Source: a virus
DNA length: 43,226 nucleotides
Strand: one strand, 5' to 3'
IMG/VR virus record: IMGVR_UViG_3300005467_000006
Coordinates: 1 to 43,226 of that record
Of this stretch, positions 8,609 through 18,424 are shown piece by piece. Position numbers and translations under genes: made by a program. Positions within the stretch are counted from its first letter, which is position 1; the number at the start of each line of letters is the position of its first letter. The notes under the pieces were generated by a model that was given only the letters and a program-made list of their open reading frames with translations, did not search any database and was not told the origin of the DNA.

Positions 8609-9030
8609 CCTTTATCCGCAAGTACCGCAGCGAGGGCCGCACGAAGACGATCGCGGCCGAGTACGAGTGCGAAGAACACGGCCGCTTCGAGCTCGACGTC
8701 GAACGCAACGACGCCGGCGACGCGCCGGACGTCATCCAGTGCCCGATCCCGATCGCGGTGCGCAATAGCGATGGCGAGGAGGTTCTCTGCAGCAAGCCGT
8801 GCGAGTGGCGCATCTCCGCACCGCTCACGACGGTACGTCGCGTCGAGGCCATCAAGGGCAAGTCGCAGAAGCCCGAGCGCAAGACGTGGACCGACACCAC
8901 GGCGGTCGGCGAGGGTCAGCCGCTCTACGACTGGTGGGAGGACCGCGCGAAGATCTGGGAAGAGAAGCGCAAGGAAGACGTGATGGCGTTCGCGCGCGAG
9001 GTGCACGAGCGCCCGATCGGAGGCGACTAG
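8605..9030 (+). CDS. Hypothetical protein
   Basis: ATGA coupling at 8605. Internal part of ORF 8275..9030. Confidence 0.6.
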   Translation: MTFIRKYRSEGRTKTIAAEYECEEHGRFELDVERNDAGDAPDVIQCPIPIAVRNSDGEEVLCSKPCEWRISAPLTTVRRVEAIKGKSQKPERKTWTDTTAVGEGQPLYDWWEDRAKIWEEKRKEDVMAFAREVHERPIGGD

Positions 9031-9031
9031 C

Positions 9032-9289
9032 ATGACGTTCGTCGGCAGGATGCGTGTGCACTTCAACCGGCACGGCGCGGCGCCGCTCGTGTGGTGCGTC
9101 GCGACCGACGCGTGGGAGCTCGCGGTCACCGAGGTCCGCTTCGACGACTGCCAGATCAAGAGCGTCTATCGGCCGAAGGCGACGGCCGACGACGAGGACG
9201 GCAGGCCGAGCGCTTGGTTCGAGGTCGACGGCACGCTGACCGTGAAGGGCAGCATCGCGACGATCAGTGCTTGGGAGACCGCTCGTTGA
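9032..9289 (+). CDS. Hypothetical protein
   Basis: ATG ORF. The stop overlaps the next start (TTGA). Confidence 0.6.
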   Translation: MTFVGRMRVHFNRHGAAPLVWCVATDAWELAVTEVRFDDCQIKSVYRPKATADDEDGRPSAWFEVDGTLTVKGSIATISAWETAR

Positions 9290-9759
9290 CCATCGCCTAC
9301 CGACCGGCCGAGCTCGAGGACGCGCCCTTCGTCGTTTCGATGTGGTCGCGCGGATTCAAGAGCTCGCGTTCGGCCGGCATGATTGCGGACAAGCGCTGGG
9401 CAAGGATCATGCACCCCGAGATTCAGGAGGTGCTCGCGCGGCCAGACGTTCAGACGATCGTCGCGTACGAGAACACTCAACCCTCGTTCCTCTACGGCTT
9501 CATCACCGCGTCGCCGGCGAGCTCGCCGCAGATCGTCTACTTCACGAGCGTGAAGGAGGCGTACCGCCGCGCCGGCTATGCGCGCGGCCTCTTCGCCGCG
9601 ATGGGCATCGATCCGGCCTCGGCGTTTCGCTACACGTGCTGGACGTCGGTGATTCCGAAGCTGCAGCGCGCGATCCCTTTCGCGAAACATGTTCCAGAGT
9701 ACGCCCGCATCGTCGGGTACGTTGAACCAGAGCCAAGGAGTGACCGATGGAAACGATGA
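9286..9759 (+). CDS. GNAT-family acetyltransferase-like protein
   Basis: A beta-strand / RRAGYARGLF (Q/R-x-x-G-x-A type acetyl-CoA loop) arrangement. The TTG 9286 start is inferred from coupling. Confidence 0.5.
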   Translation: MTIAYRPAELEDAPFVVSMWSRGFKSSRSAGMIADKRWARIMHPEIQEVLARPDVQTIVAYENTQPSFLYGFITASPASSPQIVYFTSVKEAYRRAGYARGLFAAMGIDPASAFRYTCWTSVIPKLQRAIPFAKHVPEYARIVGYVEPEPRSDRWKR

Positions 9760-10055
9760 AGGACAAGAACACCAAGCCCGTCGCCAAGGCGACGCACCCG
9801 CTCGTCACCGAGCTCGCCGGCGCGGAGGGCGTTCCCGTCCTCGAGCTGCGCTTCTGCGTGAAGGACGGCCGCGACCTGCCGCTCCCCGAGTCGAACGGCG
9901 GCATCGGGATCCTCCGCGCGAGGGAAGACACCGACATCACGTTCCTGCCGAAGGTGCTGCTGTATCGCGTGGTGCGGCGATCGCGGGATCCGAACGTGAA
10001 GACGAGGACGTTCTACATCCCGCGCGAGTGGGCGATGTTCGAGCCGCTGGAGTAA
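9747..10055 (+). CDS. Hypothetical protein immediately upstream of terL (small-terminase position, not recognisable as such)
   Basis: ATG ORF that ends 1 nt before the terL ATG. Confidence 0.6.
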   Translation: METMKDKNTKPVAKATHPLVTELAGAEGVPVLELRFCVKDGRDLPLPESNGGIGILRAREDTDITFLPKVLLYRVVRRSRDPNVKTRTFYIPREWAMFEPLE

Positions 10056-11765
10056 ATGAGCCGCAAGGCGCGCAAGCCGGCGAAGCCGCACTCGCGGAAG
10101 AAGGCGGCTAAGCGCGTCCTCTCACCTGACGAGGAATGGGCAAACGACATCCGCGAGCGCGTCGTCGCGGACTGTCACCCGTTCCAGCGCTGGGCGGTCC
10201 TCTGCATCCTGCGCTTCATCTCGCTCCTGGTCGGCCGCGGCGGCGGCAAGACGACCACAATGCGCGCGCGCGCGATCATCAAGCTCACGTCGATCCGCCG
10301 CGCGAAGCTGCTCTACATCGCGCCCACGCGCGAGATGGCGCGCGAGCTCATGTGGGAGCCGCTGAAGAACTCGCTCGAGTTCTACGGCATCTTCGACGAG
10401 TTCACGTTTAACGACACGCGGCTGCTGTGCACGTGCAAACGCACCGGCGCCACGTACAAGCTCGTCGGCCTCGACGACCAGGGCGAGGTCGACAAGCTGC
10501 GCGGTCAGCCGTTCGACGAGGTGCACTGCGACGAGGCCTCGCTCTACAAGGCGAAGCTGCTCGAGAACCTCCTCGATCGTTCGATCGGTCCGCGCCTCGG
10601 CGAGCGCAACGGCACGATGGTGCTCGCCGGCACGCCGGGTCACATCCTCGCCGGGCCGTTCTACAACTTCACGCGGCCGAAAGCGTTCGCACAGGAGCCC
10701 GACGAAGAGGGCAACCCGATCCCGCTGCACGTGCCGTACGCCGAGCTCGACAAGCACCCGGGCTGGGACGGCTACGTTTCGTTTCACTGGACGAACGAAG
10801 ACGTCGTCAAGCTGCCGAACGCGAAGGTCCTCTACGAAGCGCTCTGGAACAACTGGCAGGAAGCGCTGCGCGTCAAGAAGCGCAACCGGTGGAGCGACAA
10901 GAACCCCATCTGGCTGCGCGAGTACAAAGCGATCTGGGCGGCCGACGCGACGGGCATGGTGTTCCAGTACCGCCCGCACCTCGAGGACGGCAGGCCGTGG
11001 AACCAGTGGGACCCGTTCGGCGAGCTGAAGCTCGAGGGCCTGCAGGGGCTGAGGATCGCGCTCGAGAAGCTGCGCGAGCTGCACCCAGAGTTCGGCGACT
11101 GGCGCTTCGTGGTCGCCGGCGACAAGGGCTCGACGGATCCGTTCGCGCTCAACGTGTTTGCGTTCTCGCCGCGCGATATCGAACGCCGGATCTGGCACGT
11201 CCTCTACTTCGAGCGGACGAAGATGTACATCAAGCAGTGGGCCCAGATGCTGATCGGGGCCGAGCTCAACGCGTCGAGCCCGGAGAAGGAATCGATCTAC
11301 GGCACGATCGGCTGGCCCGACGGTGCGGTGTTTGACTCCGACCAGACCACCATCGACGAGCTCGCGAACGTCTATGGCGTGCGGTTCAAGAAGGCCGACC
11401 GCAATCCGATGTCGAAGGTCGGCGCGATCGAGCTGACGAACGGCGACTTCGTCGACGGCCGCATCTTCATCATCAAGGACTCGCCGCTCGAGCAGCAGCT
11501 GCAGCAGCTGCAATGGGCGGAGGACTCGCACGGCCGGTTGATCGAGAACAAAGCGCAGGCGAACCACTCGACCGACACGCTCGTGTACGGGCGAAAGGAA
11601 AACCAGATGTTGTTCGAATCCGGTGTGGTGGCGCAGGATTCGACCGCGCCCGCCGACACGGTGCTGCAGGCGATGGTGGCCGCTGGCGAGATCTCTCCTG
11701 TTGGGCGCGACGAATATGCTGGCTTGCTCACCGACCCGACCTTCGGGGACAGTGAGGACTACTGA
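10056..11765 (+). CDS. terL: Terminase large subunit
   Basis: Walker A GRGGGKTT, Walker B-like HCDEAS, C-terminal nuclease-like half. 569 aa, positioned before the portal. Confidence 0.85.
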   Translation: MSRKARKPAKPHSRKKAAKRVLSPDEEWANDIRERVVADCHPFQRWAVLCILRFISLLVGRGGGKTTTMRARAIIKLTSIRRAKLLYIAPTREMARELMWEPLKNSLEFYGIFDEFTFNDTRLLCTCKRTGATYKLVGLDDQGEVDKLRGQPFDEVHCDEASLYKAKLLENLLDRSIGPRLGERNGTMVLAGTPGHILAGPFYNFTRPKAFAQEPDEEGNPIPLHVPYAELDKHPGWDGYVSFHWTNEDVVKLPNAKVLYEALWNNWQEALRVKKRNRWSDKNPIWLREYKAIWAADATGMVFQYRPHLEDGRPWNQWDPFGELKLEGLQGLRIALEKLRELHPEFGDWRFVVAGDKGSTDPFALNVFAFSPRDIERRIWHVLYFERTKMYIKQWAQMLIGAELNASSPEKESIYGTIGWPDGAVFDSDQTTIDELANVYGVRFKKADRNPMSKVGAIELTNGDFVDGRIFIIKDSPLEQQLQQLQWAEDSHGRLIENKAQANHSTDTLVYGRKENQMLFESGVVAQDSTAPADTVLQAMVAAGEISPVGRDEYAGLLTDPTFGDSEDY

Positions 11766-11766
11766 G

Positions 11767-12015
11767 ATGACGAAGGCGTCCGCCGCGGAGCTGCTCGACT
11801 TGCTGATCGACCGTGCGCCGAAGCTTCGCAAGGCCGGGTATAGGAAGGTCAGCCTCGAGAACGCGATCAGCTTCGAGCTCGAACCGCTCGAGCCCGAGGC
11901 GCCGCCGGCGGCCGCCAACGCCGGCGACGACCAGGCCGAGCCGAGCGATCCATTCCACGACCCGGACACGTTCGGCCGCACCCGCGTCCCGGGTAACCAG
12001 AAACGAGAACGCTGA
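11767..12015 (+). CDS. Hypothetical protein
   Basis: ATG 11767 lies 1 nt after the terL stop. The stop overlaps the portal ATG. Confidence 0.55.
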   Translation: MTKASAAELLDLLIDRAPKLRKAGYRKVSLENAISFELEPLEPEAPPAAANAGDDQAEPSDPFHDPDTFGRTRVPGNQKRER

Positions 12016-13856
12016 TGGCCGACGTCGTCGACTCCATGCTGTGGTGGAAGGCCTCGAAGGGCCAGGTGCACACGCACGTCTCGGTGGCGGTGCGGAAGAT
12101 GGAGGAGGCGCAGGGCGAGCTGTTCGATCGCTTCGTCAAGCTCGAGGTCCTCTACGATCCGAACACGCCGATCGCACACGACAGCGAAGACGCGACGGCC
12201 AACGTCAGTGAGAACACGATCGCCTCGAACGTCGACTCGATTGCAGCAGCGATCTCGACGACCGATGTGCGGGCGCGCGTGATGACGGACGGCGCGGACT
12301 GGAAGACGCAGCGCCGAGCTCGGCACCTCGAGTGGTACGCTGAGGAGCAGAAGATCAAGCTCGGCGTGATGCCGAAGTGTCGCTCGGCGTTCAAGGAGAG
12401 CTCGAAGAAGGGCAACGGGCTCACGAAGACGACGTGGCGGTTCGGCAAGCCGATCGTCGAGCACGTCCTGGTCGACAACATCATCGTCGACCCTAACGAG
12501 TGCCGCGACGGCCGCACGCCGAAGCAGATGCACGAGTGGGTCACGTGCGACGCCGACGAACTGATGGCGCGGTTCCCGAAGTACGAGCTCGAGATCGAGC
12601 GCGCGCGTCAGCAGGGTTGGCGCCACGGTTGGCGAGCGTCCGCACGCGCGCTGATCGCCGGCGGCAACGACGTCACCTATCTCGAGAGCTTTCGGCTGCC
12701 GGTCGGCGAGAAGGGCGAGAAGGGCTATCGGCCCGGACGTCACACGATCGTGATCAACGGGCAGGACCTGTTCGACGAGAAGTGGGAGGACGAGCTCTTC
12801 CCGTACGCGGTAGGCGTCTGGACCGAGCGCACGACGAGCTGGTACGGCATTGGCGGCGCCGAGCGCATCGCCGGGATCCAGCGCGCGCTGAACAAGCGCA
12901 ACTGGCAGATCGAGCGCCAGCTCGAGTACGGCGCGCTGCCGACGACGTACGTGCGCCCGGCCGATGCGAACCTCCAGGTCAAGTCGAGCCGCGTCGGCGC
13001 TGTCGCCGTCGTGAAGGGCGACTACCCGCACACGGTCACGCCGACCGCGGTGTCGGCGGAGACGTACAACAGCCGCGTCGACCTTCGCCAGTCAGCGCAG
13101 TTCGAGTTCGGTCAGACGAGCATGGCGACGCACGGTGCGAAGCCGCCCGGCATCGACTCCGGCATTGCGATGCGCGAGTACAAGGACCAGACGAGCACAC
13201 GACACGCGCTGCAGGAGGCGATGTTCGAGCAGCTCGTGATCGACACGGTGTGGCTGGTGCTCTGGGTCTGCAAGAAGCTCGGCGCGAAGGCGCCGAAGAT
13301 GACGCGCCACAGCCGCTTTGGCTCGCGCGTGATCAAGTGGGCCGACGTCGACATGGGCGACGTGAAGGTGCAGCTGCAGCCGGCTTCGAACCTGAACCGC
13401 ACGCCGGCCGGCCGCATGCAGATGGTGATCGAGTTCGCGCAGGCGGGCATCATCTCGCAGGAAAGCGCGCGCCGGCTGATCGGCCACCCCGACCTCGAGA
13501 GCGAGCTCTCGCTCTACACGGCCGCGCTCGAGAGCGTCGAGTACTGCCTCGACGAGATCGCGGACGGCCGCGTGATCATGCCCGAGCCGTTCATGAACCT
13601 GAAGATGTGCGTGTGGCGGGGCCAGCAGGAGTACTTGAAGTGGTCCGTCGACGGCGCACCCGAGGAGATCCTCGAGACACTGCGCACGTTCGTCGTGCAG
13701 GCGGCCTACATCGAGTCGACGAAGGCCCCGGCGAATCAGAACATGGCGCCACCGATGCCCGGCGCCGAAGCGATGCCACCGATGCCGACAGAAATGCCGG
13801 CTGCGCCGCCGGTTGCAGCGTTCGCACCGCAGGCGATGCAGCTCCGCGCGTCGTGA
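12015..13856 (+). CDS. Portal protein
   Basis: 613 aa directly after terL and before the scaffold. Called from size, position and general portal-like composition. Confidence 0.75.
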   Translation: MADVVDSMLWWKASKGQVHTHVSVAVRKMEEAQGELFDRFVKLEVLYDPNTPIAHDSEDATANVSENTIASNVDSIAAAISTTDVRARVMTDGADWKTQRRARHLEWYAEEQKIKLGVMPKCRSAFKESSKKGNGLTKTTWRFGKPIVEHVLVDNIIVDPNECRDGRTPKQMHEWVTCDADELMARFPKYELEIERARQQGWRHGWRASARALIAGGNDVTYLESFRLPVGEKGEKGYRPGRHTIVINGQDLFDEKWEDELFPYAVGVWTERTTSWYGIGGAERIAGIQRALNKRNWQIERQLEYGALPTTYVRPADANLQVKSSRVGAVAVVKGDYPHTVTPTAVSAETYNSRVDLRQSAQFEFGQTSMATHGAKPPGIDSGIAMREYKDQTSTRHALQEAMFEQLVIDTVWLVLWVCKKLGAKAPKMTRHSRFGSRVIKWADVDMGDVKVQLQPASNLNRTPAGRMQMVIEFAQAGIISQESARRLIGHPDLESELSLYTAALESVEYCLDEIADGRVIMPEPFMNLKMCVWRGQQEYLKWSVDGAPEEILETLRTFVVQAAYIESTKAPANQNMAPPMPGAEAMPPMPTEMPAAPPVAAFAPQAMQLRAS

Positions 13857-13921
13857 TGAGATCCCGGGCGACCTGAATCGCCTATCCGCGCCGATGCCAC
13901 GTCTGTTAGATCTTGACGTGC

Positions 13922-15130
13922 ATGGCTGACGAGCACGTCGAAGCAGCAGCAGCGCCAGAGGCAACGAACGGCGCGGCCGAGAAGCCGAAGCTGTTGACGC
14001 GCGCGGAGCAAGACGCTCGCGATCGCGAAGCGTTCCTCTCGGGCGCATGGAACGACGACGACGAAGCCGAAGCCCCGGCGCCGAAGAAAGATGGCAAGAA
14101 GAAGGCGGCTGTCGAGTCAGACGAGGACGACGAAGTCGACGCCGGCGATCGCGACGATGACGACGAGGACCTCGACGACGCTGACGACGCTGACGACGCT
14201 GACGAAGTCGTCGACGAGGACGATCTCGACGCCGACGACGAAGACGAGGACCTCGAGGGCGACGACGAGGACAAGGAGCCGGAGGGCGCTGACGACCCCG
14301 AGCTCGCGAAGCGTCTCGCGAAGGTCCAGAAGTACGAAAAGAAGGTTCGCGATCAGGCGACCGCTCGCGAGAAGCAGTTCGCGCAGGAGCGCGACGCGTT
14401 CGTCGCCGAGTGGAAGCCGAAGCTCGAGGAGTACGAGGCCTTCGAGAAGCTGAAGGGCCGCAAGACCGGCGCGATCGAGAAGCAGCTCAAGGCGCTCGGC
14501 TATACCGAGGACGACTTCGAGGACGTCTCCAAGATCCTCTGGGGCCTGTCGAAGACCGGCGCCGCAGACCCGAAGAACCGCGAGGCTGTCGCACGCATGC
14601 AGGCGAACCGCGAGCTCCGCGAGAAGAACGACGCGCTCGAGGCGCGGCTCGCGAAGCTCGAGGGCGACCTTACGAGCCAAAAGACCGAGGCGCAGCAGAA
14701 CCAGGTGGTCGAGAAGTACCTCGGCCGCGTCACAAAGGCTGTGGGTGACGACACGCCGCTCGTCAAGAAGCGCCTCGAGCTCGAGCCGAAGAGCACGAAG
14801 CGCGCGCTCGAGCGCGTCGCCTATCGCCTGTCGAAGAAGGCCGGCGAATTCGCTGACCCGAAGAAGGTCACGCGCAAGTACGAGACCATCCTCGCGCGCG
14901 ATCGCGAGCTCGCTGCGAAGCTCGCCGAAGCACCGACCGAGACAACGACCGACAAGGGCAAGAAGAAGCCCGCGATCGCGGTCGTCGACAAGACGAAGAA
15001 GGGCGCGACGACCGAGACTGCTCCGAAGAAGCAGAACGGCTCGAACGGTTCGCTGATCCCCAGCCGCGAAGAGATGATCGATCGGCTGCGCAAGATCGAC
15101 CGCGGCGAGCTCGACCCCGAGCACGACTAA
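13922..15130 (+). CDS. Scaffolding protein with a hyper-acidic N-terminal tract and a coiled-coil C-terminal half
   Basis: Lies between portal and capsid. D/E run around 14040-14290, K/E/A-rich helical remainder. Alternative TTG start at 13913. Confidence 0.7.
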   Translation: MADEHVEAAAAPEATNGAAEKPKLLTRAEQDARDREAFLSGAWNDDDEAEAPAPKKDGKKKAAVESDEDDEVDAGDRDDDDEDLDDADDADDADEVVDEDDLDADDEDEDLEGDDEDKEPEGADDPELAKRLAKVQKYEKKVRDQATAREKQFAQERDAFVAEWKPKLEEYEAFEKLKGRKTGAIEKQLKALGYTEDDFEDVSKILWGLSKTGAADPKNREAVARMQANRELREKNDALEARLAKLEGDLTSQKTEAQQNQVVEKYLGRVTKAVGDDTPLVKKRLELEPKSTKRALERVAYRLSKKAGEFADPKKVTRKYETILARDRELAAKLAEAPTETTTDKGKKKPAIAVVDKTKKGATTETAPKKQNGSNGSLIPSREEMIDRLRKIDRGELDPEHD

Positions 15131-15137
15131 ACGTTTC

Positions 15138-15161
15138 GCGCGCTGTGAAGGCGCGCTGTTT
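15138..15161 (+). terminator. Weak hairpin (GCGCGC-N7-GCGCGC) followed by TGTTTG, between scaffold and capsid genes
   Basis: Read directly: 6-bp GC stem and a short T-containing tail. Confidence 0.3.
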
Positions 15162-15261
15162 GCGACGACGACCAAACCTGTCCTGCCGAAGCGACCGACG
15201 GCGAAAACGCTGATCTGGCGCCACTCCGAATCCTCGGAGGCGGCTCTCGGAGGACACGGCC

Positions 15262-16470
15262 ATGACTGCCGTCGCAGGTTCAACGACTTCTGTTCCGTAC
15301 ATTTACAAGCACCGCTATTCGGATCGCCAGGCGACCGAAATCGCGCTGCGTGACCACCTCACACTCGACCAAATCCCCAAGGAGGGCGGGCTCGACGGTA
15401 TCGACTTCAACTACTCGATCACCACGGGCAACCCGCAGGGCATCGCCGACGACTTCACGACGGCACAGGACGTCGCTGAAACGCTGAAGGGTGTCCAGCC
15501 CGCTGCGGTTCCGTACACGAAGTACGGCGACCTCGTGCTCGACGGCCCATCGATGATGCGCGCGAAGGGCGGCAAGGCGAGCTTCTACGATCTCGTCACC
15601 CGTTCGCAGGACGGCATCCTCGACGAGCTCGGCGCGGAGATCGCGTTCAACCTGCAGCGCGATCGCTCGGGTATGCGCGGCCGCCGCTCGAGCGCGGCCG
15701 GCAACGTCATCACACTGACGAACCGGCGCGACGTCGAGAAGTTCAAGCGCGGCATGACGGTGATCGCGTCGACGAACATCACCGGCGCGTCACCGCGGTC
15801 GGGCTCGACGAAGGTCGACGGCCTCAACCGCACGAACGGCACGATCACGCTCAACGACGCGTCGCAGATCAGCGGCTTCTCGGACAACGACTACCTCTTC
15901 CGCAAGGGCGGCAACGCCACCGGTATCGAGGGCTTCGGTGTCTCGACACCGCTCGCGGTTCCGACCGCCGGCGACTCGTTCCGCGGCATCGATCGTTCGG
16001 TCGACGCAGAAGCCCTCGCTGGCTCGCGCATCGACAACACGAACCAGTACCCCGAGGAGCTCGCCGGCGACCTCGCCGTCGAGGTGTCGATCATCGGCAA
16101 GGGCGCCTCGAAGTGCGTCGTGTTCCCGACGGTGTTCCAGGCGATGGTGAAGCGCCTGGGCGCGAAGGTCGAGTTCATGCCCGGCCGCACCGCTGACGTC
16201 GGGTTCCAGTACATCACCATCATCACCGCCGGCGGCACGCTGCAGGTGATGTCGGATCCGGACGCGGTCTACGACCTGCTCCGCATCTTCAACCCGGCGA
16301 CGCACGCGCTGAAGCACCTCGACGAGAACTTCGTCCACTTCATCCGCGACGACGGCCGCCCGAACTTGCGCACGTCGACGACCGACGGTCTCGAGACGCG
16401 CGCGCGCTTCATCGGCAACTACGTCCAGTACGACACCGCGTCGCACGGCGTCGGTCGCCCGGCCACCTAG
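15262..16470 (+). CDS. Major capsid protein
   Basis: 402 aa after the scaffold. GGAGGA RBS before ATG 15262. Called from position and size. Confidence 0.75.
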   Translation: MTAVAGSTTSVPYIYKHRYSDRQATEIALRDHLTLDQIPKEGGLDGIDFNYSITTGNPQGIADDFTTAQDVAETLKGVQPAAVPYTKYGDLVLDGPSMMRAKGGKASFYDLVTRSQDGILDELGAEIAFNLQRDRSGMRGRRSSAAGNVITLTNRRDVEKFKRGMTVIASTNITGASPRSGSTKVDGLNRTNGTITLNDASQISGFSDNDYLFRKGGNATGIEGFGVSTPLAVPTAGDSFRGIDRSVDAEALAGSRIDNTNQYPEELAGDLAVEVSIIGKGASKCVVFPTVFQAMVKRLGAKVEFMPGRTADVGFQYITIITAGGTLQVMSDPDAVYDLLRIFNPATHALKHLDENFVHFIRDDGRPNLRTSTTDGLETRARFIGNYVQYDTASHGVGRPAT

Positions 16471-16545
16471 CCCGCACAAACTACAACCCACCAACCACTT
16501 CCCAACAGCACACACGGGGACGAGCTCCCCGAAGAGAGAAAGACA

Positions 16546-17295
16546 ATGGCGACCGATACCGACCTCCTTGGTTCACGAGCACTGCCGGCTCCGATTCCCG
16601 GCGACAACCTCCGCGTTCCGCCGCGCTCGGCGTCGCTCTACGGCGATGCGTCGCACATCAGCCTCATCGGCAGCTTGATGCACGCGCTCGCCGATGAGGG
16701 CACGTACTTCTATTCGCAGCATCCGACGATCGATGCGGCGACGACGGTCGCCGGTCACGCGGCGCCCGTGCTCGCGGACCTCTACACGAAGCCGTTCCTC
16801 GTCGTGTCGAACAATGACGTCGCGGGCTCGAAGAAGCGCACGTACCTGCACTGGATCCAGATCTCTGTGATCACGGCAGGCGCGAGCGGCACGTCCGACA
16901 ACTGGGCGGCCGAGTGCGACAACGGCGTGCGCTACAGCTCGGGCACGCTCGTGCGGCTCGGCACGGTGAACCCGAACATGCAGTCGACGACGACGAATGC
17001 GTCGGTGATCGACTGCGGTCCGTACGTGGCGACCGCGCCGACCTCGGCCCAGCGCAAGATGGGCTCCGGCGTGTTCCGTCCTGCGATCGCGCTCACGGGT
17101 GACAAGTACCTCTTCGTCTTCGGTCCATCGGCGCTCGCGGAAGCGAACGTCGTGGCGACGGCGACGACGCACCACATCATCCCGATGCCGCCGGTGATCC
17201 TCGGCCCGAACGACAAGTTCCTGCTCCACCTGTACGCGCCGTCGCAGTCCGCGGCCGGCGTCTACAAGGTGCAGATGGGTCACTGGGAGCGCTAG
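16546..17295 (+). CDS. Virion structural protein (unknown role)
   Basis: Clean ORF in the head module. Confidence 0.65.
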   Translation: MATDTDLLGSRALPAPIPGDNLRVPPRSASLYGDASHISLIGSLMHALADEGTYFYSQHPTIDAATTVAGHAAPVLADLYTKPFLVVSNNDVAGSKKRTYLHWIQISVITAGASGTSDNWAAECDNGVRYSSGTLVRLGTVNPNMQSTTTNASVIDCGPYVATAPTSAQRKMGSGVFRPAIALTGDKYLFVFGPSALAEANVVATATTHHIIPMPPVILGPNDKFLLHLYAPSQSAAGVYKVQMGHWER

Positions 17296-17358
17296 TCGCG
17301 CGCCGATCAACCGGGGAGGGCGGCGCGAGTCGCTCTCCCCTTCCCACAGGAGCACGAC

Positions 17359-17742
17359 ATGCAATTCTATGATGACAAGACCTCGCTCGCGGAGAAGCGC
17401 GAGTACGAGTGCAGCTTCACGGGCACCGGCGCCGCGAATCCGACGAAGCGATACGGGCAGGGCATCACCTTCACGCGCACGGCGAGCGGCGTCTATCGCG
17501 CCACCTTCGCCGAGCACCCCGGCGCGTTCGTCAAGATCGGCGGCTACGCCTTCGGCGCCGACACGCCGAGCGCCGTGAAGGGCTACACGCTGACGCGCGG
17601 CGTTTTCGTCGCGCCGACGAGCTCGGCGCTCGGCTACCTCGAGATGTCCGTGTGGAACTCGTCGTTCGCTGCAGCCGACCTCGCGGCGCTGCAGTACCTC
17701 GACGTGACGCTCGTGTTCGCAGCGAGCGCGGTCGCGCAGTAG
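17359..17742 (+). CDS. Virion structural protein (unknown role)
   Basis: Clean ORF in the head module. Confidence 0.65.
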   Translation: MQFYDDKTSLAEKREYECSFTGTGAANPTKRYGQGITFTRTASGVYRATFAEHPGAFVKIGGYAFGADTPSAVKGYTLTRGVFVAPTSSALGYLEMSVWNSSFAAADLAALQYLDVTLVFAASAVAQ

Positions 17743-17749
17743 GAGCGCG

Positions 17750-18424
17750 ATGCCGCATCGTCTGACAATGGGCGAGTTCGTTCTCCGGTGTCGACGGCGA
17801 GTCGACATGAAGAGGAACCAGGCTCGTACGGACGATGACTTCAAGGCGCTGATCAGCGAGCAGTACGGAGACCTGTGGGGCGTCGTCTCGGGCACCGGCT
17901 ACCGGTACTTCGAGACGTCGACGACGATCACGGCAACCGGCGCCGACTCCTACGACGAGCCCGACGACCACCTCGGCAGCGTGTGGCTTTCGCGCGTGCT
18001 GCCCGATGGTCGCGAGTGGCCGCTCGAGGAGCTGATGGCGCAGGAGGAGTGGATGTACAAGGGACGCACGGGCGACGCGCTCGCGTTCTCGCACATCGAC
18101 GATCAGATCTTCCTGTACCCGAAGCCGTCGAGCGGCACGTACAAGCTCTATTACATCCCGCAGGCGACGGACCTGTCGGCCTATGCCGACGGCGAGGTCG
18201 TCGACGTCGTTACGGCGGACGGCGCCGCGTTCCTGATTTGGGGCGTCGCGGTGAAGGCGCACGGCGAGCTCGAGGGCAACGCGCAGCTTGCACTCGCCGA
18301 GCGCGATCGCTACGAGAAGAAGCTGATGGAGTGGGCCGCGCTGAAGGCCTTCAACGAGCCGCGCCGCACGCCGGTCGAAGGCCGGCCGCCCTACCTGCGC
18401 GACGGGGAGTGGTGGCCACGGTGA
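17750..18424 (+). CDS. Putative head-tail connector / adaptor protein
   Basis: AGGAG lies 4 nt before ATG 17750. Position between head and tail genes. Confidence 0.55.
   Translation: MPHRLTMGEFVLRCRRRVDMKRNQARTDDDFKALISEQYGDLWGVVSGTGYRYFETSTTITATGADSYDEPDDHLGSVWLSRVLPDGREWPLEELMAQEEWMYKGRTGDALAFSHIDDQIFLYPKPSSGTYKLYYIPQATDLSAYADGEVVDVVTADGAAFLIWGVAVKAHGELEGNAQLALAERDRYEKKLMEWAALKAFNEPRRTPVEGRPPYLRDGEWWPR

Noticed and set aside
9032-9759. GNAT toxin / antitoxin pair.
   Set aside because: The upstream 85-aa protein shows no ribbon-helix-helix or DUF1778-like features, and the pair is simply part of a long coupled operon.
10122-13031. 969-aa ORF on the minus strand, the longest ORF in the track.
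   Set aside because: It is antisense to the well-supported terL and portal genes, Arg/Ala/Leu/Val-dominated, and has no motifs. It is a typical stop-codon-poor shadow frame of high-GC DNA. The same reasoning applies to 39166..41043(-), 22925..25126(-), 25528..27153(-), 16573..17895(-), 14117..15283(-), 20580..21656(-), 36969..38228(+) and 35502..36854(+).
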